NCBI GenBank assembly: GCA_964502525.1 | Contig: CAZCXH010000002.1 | Location: 28,031 to 92,030, forward strand | Reading direction: 5' to 3' | Source: an uncultured Chitinophagaceae bacterium | Lineage (GTDB): Bacteria; Bacteroidota; Bacteroidia; Chitinophagales; CAIOSU01 | DNA length: 64,000 bases | Made by a program: the position numbers and the translations under genes | Part shown: piece after piece, positions 62,621-64,000 of the stretch | Position numbering within the stretch: the stretch's first letter is position 1 | Layout of the letters: each line of letters starts with the position of its first letter | The notes under the pieces: generated by a model | Told to the model about the DNA's origin: nothing | What the model saw: only the letters and a program-made list of their open reading frames with translations | The model's database searches: none

Positions 62621-63996
62621 AAAAAACCGCTGTATTGAATGTTGTTGGATTAACTCCTTCGCTCATCGGAGAACACACTCCTTTTTTGAATAAATGGTCG
62701 AAGCTGGGAAAAACAGTTTCCATCGTTCCGCCATTGCCTGCCGTAACCTGCACTTCTCAATCAACATTTCTGACCGGCACCGCGCCTTCCGTTCATGGCA
62801 TCGTTGGCAACGGCTGGTATTTCAGGGAAGAGTGCGAAGTAAAATTCTGGAGGCAGTCCAACCATTTGGTGCAAGGCAAGAAAATCTGGGAAATTGCAAA
62901 AGAAAAGAACCCGGAGTTCACCTGCGCCAACTTATTCTGGTGGTATAACATGTATTCGGGCGTGGATTATTCGGTCACTCCGCGTCCACAGTACCTCGCT
63001 GATGGAAGAAAGTTTCCCGACATCTATGCTTACCCCGCAGGATTACGCGACACCTTGCAGCAGAAGCTTGGAACATTTCCGCTATTTGATTTCTGGGGAC
63101 CGCGAACTACCATTCGTTCGAGCCGGTGGATTGCGGATTCCGCAAAAATGATTGAAAACCTTTACCACCCCACTCTAACGCTGATTTATCTGCCTCATCT
63201 GGACTACAACCTGCAGCGGTACGGAATTGATTTCTCCAAAATCACCAAAGACTTGCAAGAAATTGATTCCGTATGCGAAGATTTGATTTCTTTTTATGAA
63301 ACGCGGGACACTCAGGTAATCGTGCTTTCGGAATATGGAATCACCAATGTCAGCAAGCCAATATCGCTTAACAGGATTTTCCGCGAAAATGGATTGCTTG
63401 CTGTTCGTGAAGAGCGCGGTTTGGAACTGCTGGACGCTGGCGCCAGCAAGGCTTTTGCCGTTGCAGACCACCAATTAGCGCATGTATATGTGAATGATTT
63501 ATCAGAATTAAACCGTGTAAAAAATATTTTGGAGAAAACACAGGGTATTGAGTTGGTTCTTGATGAATTTGGTAAGAGAAAATATAATTTGAATCATGCC
63601 AGATCTGGCGAGTTAACAGCCATTGCGGACAAAGATTCCTGGTTTACCTACTACTATTGGCTGGAAGACAACAAGGCGCCTGATTTTGCAAGAACCGTGG
63701 ACATTCATAAAAAACCAGGCTACGATCCGGTGGAATTATTTATCAATCCGGAACTTGGTTTTATTCCTCTCAGAGTCGGAATTAAGTTATTGAAAAAACA
63801 GGTAGGGTTCAGAATATTGATGGATTTGATTCCGCTTAAGCCGGAATTGGTCCGCGGCTCCCACGGGCGGCTTCCGGAAAGCGAAGGTGATGGACCCTTG
63901 TTTATCAGCAAGGATAAAGCGCTCGTGCCGGACAAGAAAATTGCCGGGCATGAAGTATTCCGCTTGCTTCTCACGCACCTTGTGTTAGCGGGTTAA
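62617..63996 (+). CDS. eboF: alkaline-phosphatase-superfamily nucleotide pyrophosphatase/phosphodiesterase (EboF)
   Basis: VVGLTP...PAVTCTSQSTFLTGTAPSVHGIVGNGWY carries a nucleophile Thr/Ser motif, and SHG lies near the C-terminus. It overlaps eboE by 4 nt. Confidence 0.8.
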   Translation: MKKTAVLNVVGLTPSLIGEHTPFLNKWSKLGKTVSIVPPLPAVTCTSQSTFLTGTAPSVHGIVGNGWYFREECEVKFWRQSNHLVQGKKIWEIAKEKNPEFTCANLFWWYNMYSGVDYSVTPRPQYLADGRKFPDIYAYPAGLRDTLQQKLGTFPLFDFWGPRTTIRSSRWIADSAKMIENLYHPTLTLIYLPHLDYNLQRYGIDFSKITKDLQEIDSVCEDLISFYETRDTQVIVLSEYGITNVSKPISLNRIFRENGLLAVREERGLELLDAGASKAFAVADHQLAHVYVNDLSELNRVKNILEKTQGIELVLDEFGKRKYNLNHARSGELTAIADKDSWFTYYYWLEDNKAPDFARTVDIHKKPGYDPVELFINPELGFIPLRVGIKLLKKQVGFRILMDLIPLKPELVRGSHGRLPESEGDGPLFISKDKALVPDKKIAGHEVFRLLLTHLVLAG

Positions 63997-64000
63997 CCGC

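Overview
This 64-kb window looks like a chromosomal segment of a Bacteroidota bacterium. The evidence is T9SS C-terminal sorting domains, TAnnTTTG-type -7 promoter boxes and roughly 45-50% GC by eye; finer taxonomy cannot be judged without a search. I call about 65 protein genes and one tRNA-Leu(TAG). Most are housekeeping: the serA 3' end, tag, rlmB, tig, relA/spoT, icd, argB-argE-argH, psd, cdsA, dusB, murB, holA, aat, gdh, ccmBCD and a biotin carboxylase.

The accessory content has three parts. First, a complete six-gene eboA-F cluster lies at 57.3-64.0 kb. This pathway is widely conserved, but to my knowledge its product is not chemically defined. It is preceded on the same strand by a GC-rich halogenase-like flavoprotein, an orphan biotin carboxylase and a methyltransferase. 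Second, two toxin-antitoxin pairs, an orphan HicB-like antitoxin and a truncated McrC remnant are threaded through the arg operon. Third, there are two transposase remnants.

The most unusual signal is noncoding. Many intergenic gaps, whatever the orientation of the flanking genes, are filled by hairpins or arrays built from degenerate tandem 7-8 nt words (ATRTTRG, ATTCGRTR, GTTTACR, TTGCCTTT, ACGAATG and others). Variation within these words is almost entirely A/G or C/T. Other noncoding features are a 255-nt multi-hairpin element closed by a perfect 17-bp stem upstream of a Cys-rich lipoprotein gene, 142-bp direct repeats flanking a small ORF, and several small palindromic repeat families. 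I found no CRISPR array, rRNA, intact IS or prophage.

All functional calls come from motif recognition by eye. No database search was run.
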